A stretch of DNA of 64,000 nucleotides from an uncultured bacterium (GTDB lineage Bacteria; Krumholzibacteriota; Krumholzibacteriia; Krumholzibacteriales; Krumholzibacteriaceae): the NCBI GenBank assembly GCA_963813815.1, contig CAWFAD010000008.1, positions 96,001 to 160,000 of the forward strand, in the 5' to 3' direction. The notes under the pieces are model-generated. The model did no database searches, had not been told where the DNA came from, and worked only from the letters and a program-made list of their open reading frames with translations. Below are positions 19,548 to 29,684 of this stretch, one piece after another; position 1 is the first letter of the stretch, and each line of letters begins with the position of its first letter. The position numbers and the translations under genes were made by a program.

Positions 19548-19565
19548 AAAATTTGGTTATTTTTC

Positions 19566-19594
19566 TTGACCCGAAACTCCATGCGTGATAGCTT
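19566..19594 (+). promoter_or_regulatory. Candidate sigma70 promoter of the radical SAM gene
   Basis: TTGACC-N17-TAGCTT with an extended -10 TG, in an AT-rich intergenic region. Confidence 0.55.
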
Positions 19595-19697
19595 AAGCCA
19601 TCGGCAAATAGCTGATGGCAATAGGAGTTGGGCTTACCTTGAAGAATTATTTCCAAATAAATAATCACTCCGAGGTAACTAATTGAAAGAGCCTTGA

Positions 19698-21059
19698 ATG
19701 AAAATATTACTCGTCAACCCGCCCGTCGGCTTCGGGTACTACAGCATGGGCCTCAGCCGGCCGCCCCTCGGCCTCGCCTACCTCGCCGCCCTTCTCACTG
19801 ATAAGCACCACGTCGAGATTGTCGATTTCAACATCGAATCGAAGAGCTGGAAGCGATATCCCTTCGAGGGATTCGACGTCGTCGGCATCTCCGCCGACAC
19901 GGCGCGGTACACCGTCGCCATGAAGATCGCCAGGCGCGCCAAGACCGCCGGCGCCACGACCGTCATGGGAGGACCCCACGTGAGCTTCTTCGACGAGGAC
20001 GCCCTGCGGAGCCTCTCCGTCGATTACATCATTCGGAACGAGGGCGAATACTCGTTCCTCTCGCTCGTGAGACATCTCATGGGAGAGATTCCGCTGGAGG
20101 AGGTCGCGGGCCTCTCCTGCCTCTCCGGCGACGGCATTCTCCGAACGCCGCCGGCCCCGTTCATCACCGACCTCGACTCGCTCCCCATGCCGGCGCGCGA
20201 GCTTCTGCCGCTTCGCCGCTACAAGGAAAAGATCGACGGGCGTCCCATGACCACGATGATCACCTCCCGCGGCTGCCCCTTCAACTGCAACTTCTGCTCC
20301 TCATCGCAGTTCTCCGGCGTCCGCTGGCGCCCCCGCTCGGTCGACGGGATCATGGCCGAGATCGATCTCATCTACCGGAAACACAACTACCGCGCGATCA
20401 ACTTCATCGACGACAACTTCACGCTCAATCCGAAGCGGGCGATGGAGATATCCGAGAGGATCATCGCGGGCGGATACGACCTCCACTGGGAGGCGATGTC
20501 GCACGTCGAGACGGTCGTGAAGCACCCCGAAATGGTCGAGACGATGGCCCGCTCGGGGCTCCGGTGGATGTTCCTCGGCTTCGAGAGCGGAAGCCAGGAG
20601 ATACTGAACGAGTACGGAAAGAAATCGAGCCTCGAGGACGCGCGGCGCGCGGTCGACATTCTCCACGCGAACGGCGTGAAGATCATCGGCGCCTTCATCC
20701 TCGGCGCGCTCGGCGACAGCGACCGGACGATGCGCGAGACGATCGAGCTCGCCAAGTCGCTCAATCCGAGCAGGGCGCAGTTCTCGCTGCTCACGCCCTA
20801 CCCCGGCACGAAGCTCTTCGAGCGGGTCAAGGGAAAGCTCCTCACGAGCAACTGGGAGATGTACTCGGGTCTCCACCCGACGATCAGACTCGACAAGATC
20901 ACGCCGCAGAGACTCAACCGGTTTCTCTTCAAGGCGTACGCGGGCTTCTACCTGCGCCCGCCGAAGGCGATCGAAAACTTCCAGTACATTTACCGGACGC
21001 TGCCGAGCGCCATCACGCTCATCGCGACGAATCTCTTCTCGCGAGGCTACCGGGTCTGA
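19698..21059 (+). CDS. Cobalamin-dependent radical SAM protein
   Basis: B12-binding N-terminus (PPLGLAYLAA, GGPH), SRGCPFNCNFC (CxxxCxxC), DDNF, GFESG, TPYPGT. Confidence 0.92.
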   Translation: MKILLVNPPVGFGYYSMGLSRPPLGLAYLAALLTDKHHVEIVDFNIESKSWKRYPFEGFDVVGISADTARYTVAMKIARRAKTAGATTVMGGPHVSFFDEDALRSLSVDYIIRNEGEYSFLSLVRHLMGEIPLEEVAGLSCLSGDGILRTPPAPFITDLDSLPMPARELLPLRRYKEKIDGRPMTTMITSRGCPFNCNFCSSSQFSGVRWRPRSVDGIMAEIDLIYRKHNYRAINFIDDNFTLNPKRAMEISERIIAGGYDLHWEAMSHVETVVKHPEMVETMARSGLRWMFLGFESGSQEILNEYGKKSSLEDARRAVDILHANGVKIIGAFILGALGDSDRTMRETIELAKSLNPSRAQFSLLTPYPGTKLFERVKGKLLTSNWEMYSGLHPTIRLDKITPQRLNRFLFKAYAGFYLRPPKAIENFQYIYRTLPSAITLIATNLFSRGYRV

Positions 21060-21100
21060 GCCGGCCGCGTAACGTCTCTTCGCGCATCGAGTTTCGGGCG

Positions 21101-21130
21101 TTGACACGCCCGCCTCATTTGCTATAGACT
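21101..21130 (+). promoter_or_regulatory. Candidate sigma70 promoter of the transketolase-like gene
   Basis: TTGACA at 21101 followed by TATAGA/TAGACT at 16-18 nt spacing. Confidence 0.6.
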
Positions 21131-21225
21131 AAACATTCAGTTATTCTGGAAATTCACGGCTTCAGGCCGTCTCGACTTCTGTGAAATCCGGGGTCCCTCA
21201 ATTCAACGCGGGAGGATCGGCGAGC

Positions 21226-23604
21226 ATGGCGCAGGAATCGGTCACCATGAAGAAGCTCGATTTCGGACCGCGGCGCGGCGTGTACATCGACATCGCGCCC
21301 GAGATCGGCAAATTCGACATTCCCGAGCTGACGATCAAGATGTACGAGGATTACGATCTCGTCTACCGCACGCTCTGCGGAATCCTCTACAACTTCGTTC
21401 CGACGTCGGGCCATCCGGGCGGGAGCATCTCCTCGGGACGCCACGTCGCCGCCGTGCTCTTTCACGCGCTCGACTACGACATCGGCGACCCCGAACGGGC
21501 CGACGCGGATCTCTTTTCGTATGCCGCCGGGCACAAGGCCATGGGGCTCTACGCCATGTGGGCGCTCCGGAACGAGGTCGCGCGAATCGGCCGTCCGGCG
21601 CTCCTCCCGAAGAGCGCCAAGATGCAGCTCCGCATCGAGGATCTCCTCGGCTTCCGCCGCAACCCGACGCAGGAGACACCGCTCTTCGCGAAATTCAAGG
21701 CGAAGCCCCTCGACGGGCACCCGACCCCCGCGACCCCCTTCGTCAAGCTTTCGACCGGCGCCTCCGGCGTGGGCGTTCCCGCGAGCTTCGGGCTCGCGTT
21801 CGGCGCACTCGACACCTACGGCGCCCGCGCGCCGCTCGTCCAGATCACCGAGGGAGAGGGCGGCATGACCCCGGGGCGCGTCGCCGAGGCGTTCGCGACG
21901 GCCTCCGCGGCGCAGATGTGGAACGTCAAGCTCCACATCGACTGGAACCAGGCGTCGATCGACTCGAACAAGGTCTGCCGCGAGGGAGACAAGCCGGGCG
22001 ATTACGTGCAATGGGATCCGGTCGAGTTCGCGTATCTCCACGACTGGAACGTCATATTCGCGGCGAAGGGGCACGACTTCCGGCACGTTCTCGCGGCCGT
22101 CGCCGTCGCCAAGGAGCGCCTGAACGACCAGCCCACGGCGATCGTGTATCGCACGACGAAGGGCTGGCAGTACGGGATCGAGGGGCGCAAATCGCACGGA
22201 GCCGGCCACAAGTTCTGCTCCCCCGAGTACTACAAGACGCTCGAGCCATTTGAAAAGCGCTTCGGCGCCGCCTTCCCGCGCTTCGCGGGCAAGCCGGAAG
22301 CGGTGGCGGTCGAGAAGAACTTCTGGGAGACCCTCCTCGTCGTGAGGGACGCCCTCGAAAAAAATCGCGAGATCGCGGAGTTCTTCGGCGGCCGCCTCGA
22401 GGACGCGAAGAAGCGCCTCGATGACGCCCGGCGCGCGAAACGCGAGGGTTGCCCGAACCTCGGCGCCGTGTATGGAGCGAAGGTCAAGAGCGAGGTCGTC
22501 CCGAGCGAGTGCACGTACCAGATCGGATCGCAGGTGACGCTCCGCGGTGCGCTCGGCGACGCCCTGAACTATCTCAACAAGGTCTCGGACGGCGCCTTCA
22601 TCGGAGCGTCGGCCGATCTGCTCGATTCGACGAGCATATCGAACCTCGCCAAGGGATTTCCCGAGGGGCTCTGGAACGCAATCGCGAATCCCAAGGCGCG
22701 CCTCGTCGCGACGGGAGGCATCTGCGAGGACTGCATGGGGGCGTTTATGGCCGGGATGTCCGCGTACGGAACGAACGTCGGAGCGGGCTCTTCCTACGGC
22801 GCCTTCATCGCGGCCCTCGAGCACATCGCCGCCCGGCTCCACGGCATCGGCCAGCAGGCGCGCCACGAGCTCCTCGGCGTTCCGTACAATCCGTTCTTCA
22901 TCGTCTGCGGCCACGCGGGGCTCAAGACCGGCGAGGACGGACCGACGCACGCCGATCCACAGCCGCTGCAGCTCCTCCAGGAGAACTTCCCGGCGGGAAT
23001 CATGATCACGCTCACCCCGTGGGATCCGCAGGAGCTCTACCCGGTGACGGTCGAGGCCCTGAAAAAGCGCCCGGCCGTGATCGCCCCCTTCGTCACCCGC
23101 CCGAACGAGCAGGTTCCGGATAGGGCCAAGCTCCGGCTCCCGCCCGCGACGGCCGCGGTCAAGGGAGTCTATGCGCTCCGCAAGGCCGTGAAGTCGGCGA
23201 AGAAACCCTACCACGGCACGCTCGTTCTTCAGGGAAGCGGGACGACGTGCGCGTTCATCGCCGAGGTGCTCCCGAAGATCGACGAAGCCCATCTCAACAT
23301 GAACATCTTCTACGTTGCGAGCGCCGAGCTCTTCTCGATGCTTCCCGCCGCCGAGCAGGAGCGGATCTATCCGGCGAGATTCGCCTCCGAGGCGATGGGC
23401 ATCACCGGATTCACGCTCCCGACGATGTATCGGTGGGTCACCTCGAAGGAGGGGCGCGCCCGCACGCTGCACGCGTTCGGCAAGGGCCACTTCCTCGGAA
23501 GCGGCCAGGCGCACAAGGTGCTCGAGGAGGCGGGGCTCGACGGCGCCGGACAGTGGGAGGCGGTGCGGTCCTACGCGAGGGCTGCCGCCCGGAAGGCGAA
23601 GTAG
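21226..23604 (+). CDS. Transketolase-like TPP enzyme (long, divergent type)
   Basis: SGHPGGSIS, AAGH, LDGHP, STGASGVG, GGICED, GEDGPTH. GGAGG RBS. Confidence 0.85.
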   Translation: MAQESVTMKKLDFGPRRGVYIDIAPEIGKFDIPELTIKMYEDYDLVYRTLCGILYNFVPTSGHPGGSISSGRHVAAVLFHALDYDIGDPERADADLFSYAAGHKAMGLYAMWALRNEVARIGRPALLPKSAKMQLRIEDLLGFRRNPTQETPLFAKFKAKPLDGHPTPATPFVKLSTGASGVGVPASFGLAFGALDTYGARAPLVQITEGEGGMTPGRVAEAFATASAAQMWNVKLHIDWNQASIDSNKVCREGDKPGDYVQWDPVEFAYLHDWNVIFAAKGHDFRHVLAAVAVAKERLNDQPTAIVYRTTKGWQYGIEGRKSHGAGHKFCSPEYYKTLEPFEKRFGAAFPRFAGKPEAVAVEKNFWETLLVVRDALEKNREIAEFFGGRLEDAKKRLDDARRAKREGCPNLGAVYGAKVKSEVVPSECTYQIGSQVTLRGALGDALNYLNKVSDGAFIGASADLLDSTSISNLAKGFPEGLWNAIANPKARLVATGGICEDCMGAFMAGMSAYGTNVGAGSSYGAFIAALEHIAARLHGIGQQARHELLGVPYNPFFIVCGHAGLKTGEDGPTHADPQPLQLLQENFPAGIMITLTPWDPQELYPVTVEALKKRPAVIAPFVTRPNEQVPDRAKLRLPPATAAVKGVYALRKAVKSAKKPYHGTLVLQGSGTTCAFIAEVLPKIDEAHLNMNIFYVASAELFSMLPAAEQERIYPARFASEAMGITGFTLPTMYRWVTSKEGRARTLHAFGKGHFLGSGQAHKVLEEAGLDGAGQWEAVRSYARAAARKAK

Positions 23605-23668
23605 CGGGGCCGAACGCTCCCCCGGGAAGCGCCGCGCCCCCGGCGGACGCCGCCCGGCCGCGCGAGAG

Positions 23669-23706
23669 AAAAAAAGAGGCTGCCGGTTTCGCCGGCAGCC
23701 TCTTTC
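23669..23706. terminator. Bidirectional intrinsic terminator
   Basis: AAAGAGGCTGCCGG-tttcg-CCGGCAGCCTCTTT with an A-run upstream, between convergent genes. Confidence 0.85.
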
Positions 23707-23727
23707 ATGTTTCCCGTAGAAGGGGCG

Positions 23728-26700
23728 TCAGCGCTTCTCGATCTTCGGTTCGTGATCGAAGATCTTTCCCTTGCCGCTGATCTTTCCGCTCAGGAACTCG
23801 ATCGCCTTCTCGAGCTGCACGTCGCGTCCCTGCTTCTCCATCTCGGGCGGGCTCTCGACGAATATGTCGGGAATGGCGCCCCGGCTCTCGAGCTGGGCGC
23901 CCGTGCTGACCTCCCAGATGCCGATGAAGGTTTTGCGGATCTGGCCGCCGTCGATGAGCGGATGCCCGGTCACGGCGATCACGAATCCGAGAGTCGGCGT
24001 TCCGATGAGCGTGCCGAGGCCGCGCTCCTTCATGGCGCTCGGGAACACCTCGGCGTCGGAGTACGAGTACTCGTTGATGAGCACGACGATCTCCCCCATG
24101 AAAACCTCGGTCGGCCGCGGCTCGGGGGACTGGTTGCGCGTCTTCTCGACGTGGTAGGGACGGCGCTCGAGGTAGTCGATGATCCGCTCGTCGATGCTCC
24201 CGCCGCCGTTGTAGCGGACGTCGATGATGATCGCGTCCTTGTAGCGGTACTTCTCGAACTTTTCGCGGAACTCGCCGAGCCCCGCCGTCTCCATGTCGGC
24301 GAGGTGCATGTAGCCGATGCGTCCTTCGCTCCGCTCGTCGACGAACCGCTCGTTCCGCCACGCCCAGTCGCCGTACCGAACCCGCGCCTCGTAGAAGAGC
24401 GGCATGAAGCGCGTCTTCACGGCGCCCTTCATTTCCGGCGCGCCGTTGGTCGTTATCGTGATCCTGTTCGAGGTCTTGTCGACGAGATACTGGTGAAAGT
24501 TCTCGAACGGCCGGATCTCCCGCCCGTCGATCGCGAGGAGGTAATCCCCCTCCTTCACCTTGACGTAGTCGTTGTTGAGCGGGGATTGCTCCATGCTCGA
24601 CGTCGACGCCTTCTCCCCGCGGAAAATCCGCGCGATGCGCGCGAAGCCCGTCTTCTCGTCGAGCTCGAGGGAGGCGCCGAGGTGCGCCATCGAGGCCGTG
24701 GGGGTCTCGCGTTCGTCCCCTCCGCTCGCCCCCTGGTGCGAGGCGTTGAGCTCGCCGACCATCTCGTTGAGGAGGATGTTGAGCTCGCCGCGGGTCTGGA
24801 CGTACGGCAGGAGGTTCCCGTAGTACTCCTTGACGCCGTCCCAATCCACGCCGTGGAGGTTCGGATCGTAGAAATGGTACTTCACCATTCGCCACGATTC
24901 GTCGAAGATCTGCCGCCACTCGGCCCGGCGATCGAGCTTCATGCGCGTGCGCTTCGCGAAATCGTACTTCTCCTTCGTGTCCGCGGCGTCGTCCTTCTTC
25001 GCAGCGGGCGCCTTGGAGCCGACCTTGACGAAGCTGAAAACGCTGCCGTCGTAGATGACGAGCTTTTCCTTGTTCGCCGCGATACCGTACGTGACGATGG
25101 ACGAGGCGATTTTCTCGCTCTTCAGCTTATCGACGCTGAACATGTAGAGATCGAAGGAGGGCCGGAAGAGAAACATCCGCGCGCCCTGCACGAGGTAGTA
25201 GTAGTGCTTCTCCGCGGCCTGGATGTTGTGCAGGCTGAGGCCGACGGCCTTCGGGAGCCGCCGGATGCGGTTCTCGATGCCGGCGAAGTCGATCTTCACC
25301 TCGACCTTTTTCTGGACCTTTTTCGCGGCCTTCCCCTTCTTGCCCGGTTTCCCGTCGGCGTCCTCCTCCTCGCCGTCTTCCTCCTCCGCCTCGCCGTTTT
25401 CGTCGTCCGAGCTCTCGTCCGGGGCGACGCCCGTTTCCTCGTCGTCCTTGAACTCGAAGGGCGCCTTTTCCTCGGGGAGGAGGCTCAGCCGCGCGAGCGC
25501 CGGCGAATCGCTGATGCGGGCCGTCATGAGAAGGAGATACTTGCCGTCGGGAGTGAACACGGGCTCCCAGTCGTCGCCGAGGTCGCGCGTGATCTGATGG
25601 TTCTCGCCCGTTTTCACGTGGTAGATGAAGATGTCGCGGTTGCGGTTCCGCGCGGAGAAGTCGTAAGCGATCCACTGTCCGTCCGGGGACCACGAGTAGC
25701 TCGTGATCTCGCGATGCTCGTTCTTGGCGACGAGCTTCGGCTCGCCCCCCTCGCGACCGAGCAGGTAGAGCGCGTTTTCCTCGGTCGTGAAGAGCAGCTG
25801 GTCGCTCCCCGGCGACCAGCCGAGATCGCTCTTGAAGTGCCCGCTCGAGGTGAGCTTCTTCTCCGTCTCCTCGCCCATCTGGTCGACGAGGTAGACCTCG
25901 TCCTCGCCCGACTTGTCGCTCACGTAGGCGATCCATTTCCCGTCGGGGGACCATGCGGGGCTCCCGTCGCGCGCCCCGGACGACTGCGTGAGGTTGCGCA
26001 CGTCGCCGTGCTCCGCGGGCATCGTGTAGATCTCGCCGCGCGCTTCGTAGACGATGCGCTTGGCCGAGGGAGACACGTCGAAGCCGCTCAAATGCTCGAT
26101 GGGGCTCACGTAGCTCACCATGTCGTTCCGCGCGTCGAGCGGCGCCCGGACGACCACCTCGCGGCTCTCCTCCGTCGCCGTGTCGAGAACGTAGAGGCGC
26201 GCGTCGCGCTCGAAGACGATCTTCGCGCCGTCCGCGCTCATCGAGGGCCACGTGACGCCGTGCTTCTCAAAGCGCGTCACCTGCTTCGCTTTCTTCGTCG
26301 CGAGATCGTAGCAGTAGATGTTGTTCACGCCGCCCTCGCGGTCCGAGGCGAAGTAGATCCGCTCCCCGGCCCACATCGGCCAGGCGTCGTTTCCCTCCCA
26401 GTCCGTGATCTTCGCGAAGGTGCCGGCCTTGAAGTCGTAGATCCAGACGTCCTGGTTGGCGCTCCCCTTGTAGCGCTTCCACCACCAAAAGGAATCGGAG
26501 CTCCGGTTGAAGGCGAGCTTCGCGCCGTCCGGGGAGTAGCACGCGAAGCTTCCCTTGCCGAGGGGGAGCTCCACGGGAAGGCCGCCGGCCGCCGGCACCC
26601 GGAAAAATTTCTTGAAGAAGCGCACGAACGACTCCTGCGTCGAGGAGTAGACGATCTCCTTGCCGTCGCGGGTCCAGCACACCGGCGAGCCCCCCGCGGC

Positions 26701-27045
26701 GTGCCACGTGAGCTGCACCGGCCCGCGCGTTCCGTCCGCGGACATCACGCAGACGCTGTTCGAACGCCCGTTGTAATCGCCCGAAAAGGCGATCCACTTC
26801 CCGTCGGGGGAGAATTTCGGATAATCCTCGCCCCCTTCGTGAACGGTGACGCGCCGCGCCTCGCCGCCCTCCTCGGGCACGAGCCAGAGGTCGCCCGCCC
26901 ACGTGAAGACGATTGTCCCGCCGTTGATGTCGGGACGGCGCATGAGCCGAATCGGCTCGGCGCCGGCGCTCGAGACGACCTCGCCCACCGAGGCCGCGAG
27001 GAACACGAACGTCGCCGCGAGCGCGAAGAGAACGGTCCGTTTCAT
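23728..27045 (-). CDS. Tricorn-type S41 peptidase with beta-propellers and PDZ-like domain
   Basis: PD40 repeats (FSPDGKWIAF), GELNASH, IIDVRYNGGG, SYSDAEVF, GTPTLG. Signal peptide. Confidence 0.93.
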   Translation of the reverse strand: MKRTVLFALAATFVFLAASVGEVVSSAGAEPIRLMRRPDINGGTIVFTWAGDLWLVPEEGGEARRVTVHEGGEDYPKFSPDGKWIAFSGDYNGRSNSVCVMSADGTRGPVQLTWHAAGGSPVCWTRDGKEIVYSSTQESFVRFFKKFFRVPAAGGLPVELPLGKGSFACYSPDGAKLAFNRSSDSFWWWKRYKGSANQDVWIYDFKAGTFAKITDWEGNDAWPMWAGERIYFASDREGGVNNIYCYDLATKKAKQVTRFEKHGVTWPSMSADGAKIVFERDARLYVLDTATEESREVVVRAPLDARNDMVSYVSPIEHLSGFDVSPSAKRIVYEARGEIYTMPAEHGDVRNLTQSSGARDGSPAWSPDGKWIAYVSDKSGEDEVYLVDQMGEETEKKLTSSGHFKSDLGWSPGSDQLLFTTEENALYLLGREGGEPKLVAKNEHREITSYSWSPDGQWIAYDFSARNRNRDIFIYHVKTGENHQITRDLGDDWEPVFTPDGKYLLLMTARISDSPALARLSLLPEEKAPFEFKDDEETGVAPDESSDDENGEAEEEDGEEEDADGKPGKKGKAAKKVQKKVEVKIDFAGIENRIRRLPKAVGLSLHNIQAAEKHYYYLVQGARMFLFRPSFDLYMFSVDKLKSEKIASSIVTYGIAANKEKLVIYDGSVFSFVKVGSKAPAAKKDDAADTKEKYDFAKRTRMKLDRRAEWRQIFDESWRMVKYHFYDPNLHGVDWDGVKEYYGNLLPYVQTRGELNILLNEMVGELNASHQGASGGDERETPTASMAHLGASLELDEKTGFARIARIFRGEKASTSSMEQSPLNNDYVKVKEGDYLLAIDGREIRPFENFHQYLVDKTSNRITITTNGAPEMKGAVKTRFMPLFYEARVRYGDWAWRNERFVDERSEGRIGYMHLADMETAGLGEFREKFEKYRYKDAIIIDVRYNGGGSIDERIIDYLERRPYHVEKTRNQSPEPRPTEVFMGEIVVLINEYSYSDAEVFPSAMKERGLGTLIGTPTLGFVIAVTGHPLIDGGQIRKTFIGIWEVSTGAQLESRGAIPDIFVESPPEMEKQGRDVQLEKAIEFLSGKISGKGKIFDHEPKIEKR

Positions 27046-27244
27046 CGGATTCCTTTCTGTCCGGGACACGAAACTGACGCTTGCGTGCATATGCGAATAC
27101 ACTATAGCTTTTTTTGCGCGGCGCCCGAAATGCCCATGGCCGCGTGCGGCCCGCGGCGGGGGTTTCCGGCCGTTCGGGGAAGGAGAGGCGGCGCCCGCAG
27201 GAGCCGCCTCTCCCGTCACTTTCATTCAGCCGTCCGGCGCCTCG

Positions 27245-29545
27245 CTACCGGAGCAGCACCATCTTGCGCGTCTGCTCTCCCGTGCTCGTCGAGAGCTGGT
27301 AGAAATACACGCCCGTGGCGAGACCGTCGGCCCGGAAGGCCACGGTGTAGTCCCCGGCCTCGAGGTCGCGGTTCATCACGGTCGCGACGAGCTTCCCGGC
27401 CGCGTCGAACACGTTGATGGTCACGTGATCGTCCGTCGCGAGCGTGAACGCGATCGTCGTCGACGGGTTGAACGGGTTCGGGAAGTTCTGATTGAGGACG
27501 AAGGGCAGGCTCTTCGGCGTGCCCGCGTCGGCGACCGCGTCGGCGCGGCTGAGGACGTTCGCGTAGTGGCAGCCGACCCAGAGGACGCCGGCGGCGCCCT
27601 GATAGTGAACCGCCATGACGTCGTACGTCGTGACGATCGGCGTCACGTTCGCGTTCGTCCAGCTGGCGCCGCTATCGATGCTGTAATAGAGAAGCTGATC
27701 GGCGCCGGCGACCCACAGCCGGTTCGGCGTGTTGAACGCGATGTACGTGAGGTTCACCGTGCCCCAGGGAACGGCCTGCACGGCCCACGTCGCGCCGCCG
27801 TCAACGGTCTTGACGAGCGTTCCGCCGTCGCCCGCCGCGAAGCCGGTGGTCGCGTTGATCATGACGACCTCTTCGAGATCGAGCGTGCTCGTCGCGATGT
27901 TCTCCGTGGCGTACGGCCACGTGACGCCGCCGTCCGCCGTGTAGCGGATGCGGTTGTCGTCGCCGACCGCGGCGCCGACCATCACGCTGCCGGGGGCGAA
28001 GGAGACGCCGTTCCACTGCATGCTCGTCGTGATGGCGGCATCCGGCCCGACGACCTCGACGAGCGTGACGCCTCCGTCGACGGTCTTCCAGATGACTTCG
28101 TCGCGCGAGGTGCCGTTGGCCTTGTGGCCGACGACGATGCCGTTCATCGTGTCGAACCAGTGCATGCCGAGATATCCATCCTGCAGGGCGAGCGTGTGGT
28201 AGAGCTCCGTCCACGTTCTGCCCTTGTCGAACGACTTGCAGAGGTATCCCGTGCCGCCGCTCGCGTACATGACGTCGTTGTAGCTCGGATCCCACGCGCC
28301 CGCGGGCGGGTCGTTGAGGTTCACGACGTACTCGAGCTCCCCGACCGTCGTCGGACCCCAGTTGTTGGGGGCGCACATGCCGTACGCGTAGGTTCCGGCC
28401 AGGCGGTTCCAGTAGAGCAGCGCCCCGCCGGCGCCGAAGCCCCAGATCTCGTCCTTGCCGCTGTTCGCGAAGGCCTGAACGCCCTGATACGGCATGCCGC
28501 CGTCGTACGAGAACGTCCACGTGGCGCCGCGGTCGCTCGAAATCGCGATGAGGCCGGACGCCCCGACGGCGACGACCTTGTTCGTTCCGGGCAGGGCGCA
28601 CGCATCGGAGATTTCATCGCCGTAGAAGGCCGGATACCGCGTCCACGTCGCGTAGCTCGGGCCCGTCCCGTGGATGGAAATGCCGGCCGACTGCGTTCCG
28701 CCGCCCACGATCATGACCTCTCCGTCGTCGAACGCGCCGATGCCGTTGCCGTACGAATAGGTCGCCCACGAATACAGAGGATCCGGGCTGTTGAACGTCG
28801 CGCCGCCGTCCGCCGAAACGAGAATAACGGTCGGCTGCGCGCCGACGTTCGATCCCCAGCCGGTGGCGACCCAGGTCGTCGCGCTCACCGGGAGGACGGC
28901 CTCTACGTCAAAACGCGAATAGGGATACATCCCGTAGTTCATGGTGGACCGGACCCAGTTCGCGCCGCCGTCCGTCGTGTACATGCAGCCGTTGCCGTCG
29001 ATGCCGGCGACGCCGACGGTCGCGCTCGCGAACTTGATGTCGGTGCACTGGTCGGTGGAGGGATTCGTGACGACGGCGTTGGCCCACGTCGCGCCGCCGT
29101 TCGTCGTCGAGTAGATCTGGCAGACCACGTTGTCGGCCCCGCCGCCGATCCACCCGTTCGCGCCGACCAACGACACGCCGTAGATGGCGGCGGTCGTGAG
29201 AACGCCGCTCTGCGCGTGAAGGGCCCAGTTCGTGCCGTCCGTCGTGTAGATGATCGTTCCGGCCGCGCCGACGGCGAAACCGTTCAGCGCGTCGGTGAAG
29301 AAGACGTCGTTCAAGCCGTTCGTCGTCGGCGACGTCTGCTGATTCCACGTGGCGCCGCCGTCGATCGTCTTGAAAATCGATCCGCTCGTGCCGACGATGT
29401 ATCCGACGGTCGCCGTCGGAAAGTGCACGGCGGTGAAGCTGTAGCTCAAATCCGGCTTGTATTCATATTGCCACTGCGCGAAGGCCGATCCTGCGAGAAG
29501 CAGCAGCAGCGCGACACACAGGCCAGCGATTCTGAATCTCCTCAT
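27245..29545 (-). CDS. Secreted BNR/YCF48-like beta-propeller protein with C-terminal sorting domain
   Basis: About 11 Asp-box motifs (T.DGG.TW). C-terminus LNQNFPNPFNPSTTIAF...GVYFYQL...TRKMVLLR. GGAGG RBS. Confidence 0.88.
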   Translation of the reverse strand: MRRFRIAGLCVALLLLLAGSAFAQWQYEYKPDLSYSFTAVHFPTATVGYIVGTSGSIFKTIDGGATWNQQTSPTTNGLNDVFFTDALNGFAVGAAGTIIYTTDGTNWALHAQSGVLTTAAIYGVSLVGANGWIGGGADNVVCQIYSTTNGGATWANAVVTNPSTDQCTDIKFASATVGVAGIDGNGCMYTTDGGANWVRSTMNYGMYPYSRFDVEAVLPVSATTWVATGWGSNVGAQPTVILVSADGGATFNSPDPLYSWATYSYGNGIGAFDDGEVMIVGGGTQSAGISIHGTGPSYATWTRYPAFYGDEISDACALPGTNKVVAVGASGLIAISSDRGATWTFSYDGGMPYQGVQAFANSGKDEIWGFGAGGALLYWNRLAGTYAYGMCAPNNWGPTTVGELEYVVNLNDPPAGAWDPSYNDVMYASGGTGYLCKSFDKGRTWTELYHTLALQDGYLGMHWFDTMNGIVVGHKANGTSRDEVIWKTVDGGVTLVEVVGPDAAITTSMQWNGVSFAPGSVMVGAAVGDDNRIRYTADGGVTWPYATENIATSTLDLEEVVMINATTGFAAGDGGTLVKTVDGGATWAVQAVPWGTVNLTYIAFNTPNRLWVAGADQLLYYSIDSGASWTNANVTPIVTTYDVMAVHYQGAAGVLWVGCHYANVLSRADAVADAGTPKSLPFVLNQNFPNPFNPSTTIAFTLATDDHVTINVFDAAGKLVATVMNRDLEAGDYTVAFRADGLATGVYFYQLSTSTGEQTRKMVLLR

Positions 29546-29684
29546 GTTGTAACCTCCCCTGGCGCTGTATCAGGAAGGCCGGTTCCCGAACGAGTGCATT
29601 GATCTTTCCCCCCATCGAACGCTCGGGAACGCAGAGTCACTGATTTAGACGTTACGGCTGACGGCGCGGCACCACCTCCTTCTG

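Noticed and set aside
25310..25450. Acidic then Lys-rich low-complexity stretch in the tricorn protease
   Set aside because: Charged linkers at this position are common in bacterial tricorn homologues.
27182..27213. Hairpin GGAGAGGCGGC/GCCGCCTCTCC after the propeller gene
   Set aside because: The stem is real but there is no U-tract on the coding strand, so it is not called as a terminator.
23707..27417. Very long antisense or alternate-frame ORFs (e.g. 23707..27417 +, 10350..13682 +, 42357..46037 -, 51074..56257 +, 56706..59696 +)
   Set aside because: They shadow well-supported genes and carry no motifs. They are expected from stop-codon scarcity in high-GC coding DNA.
27700..29400. Recurring GCGCCGCCGTC-like nucleotide repeats
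   Set aside because: They encode protein-level Asp-box (DGGATW) repeats and are not a CRISPR or DNA repeat array.
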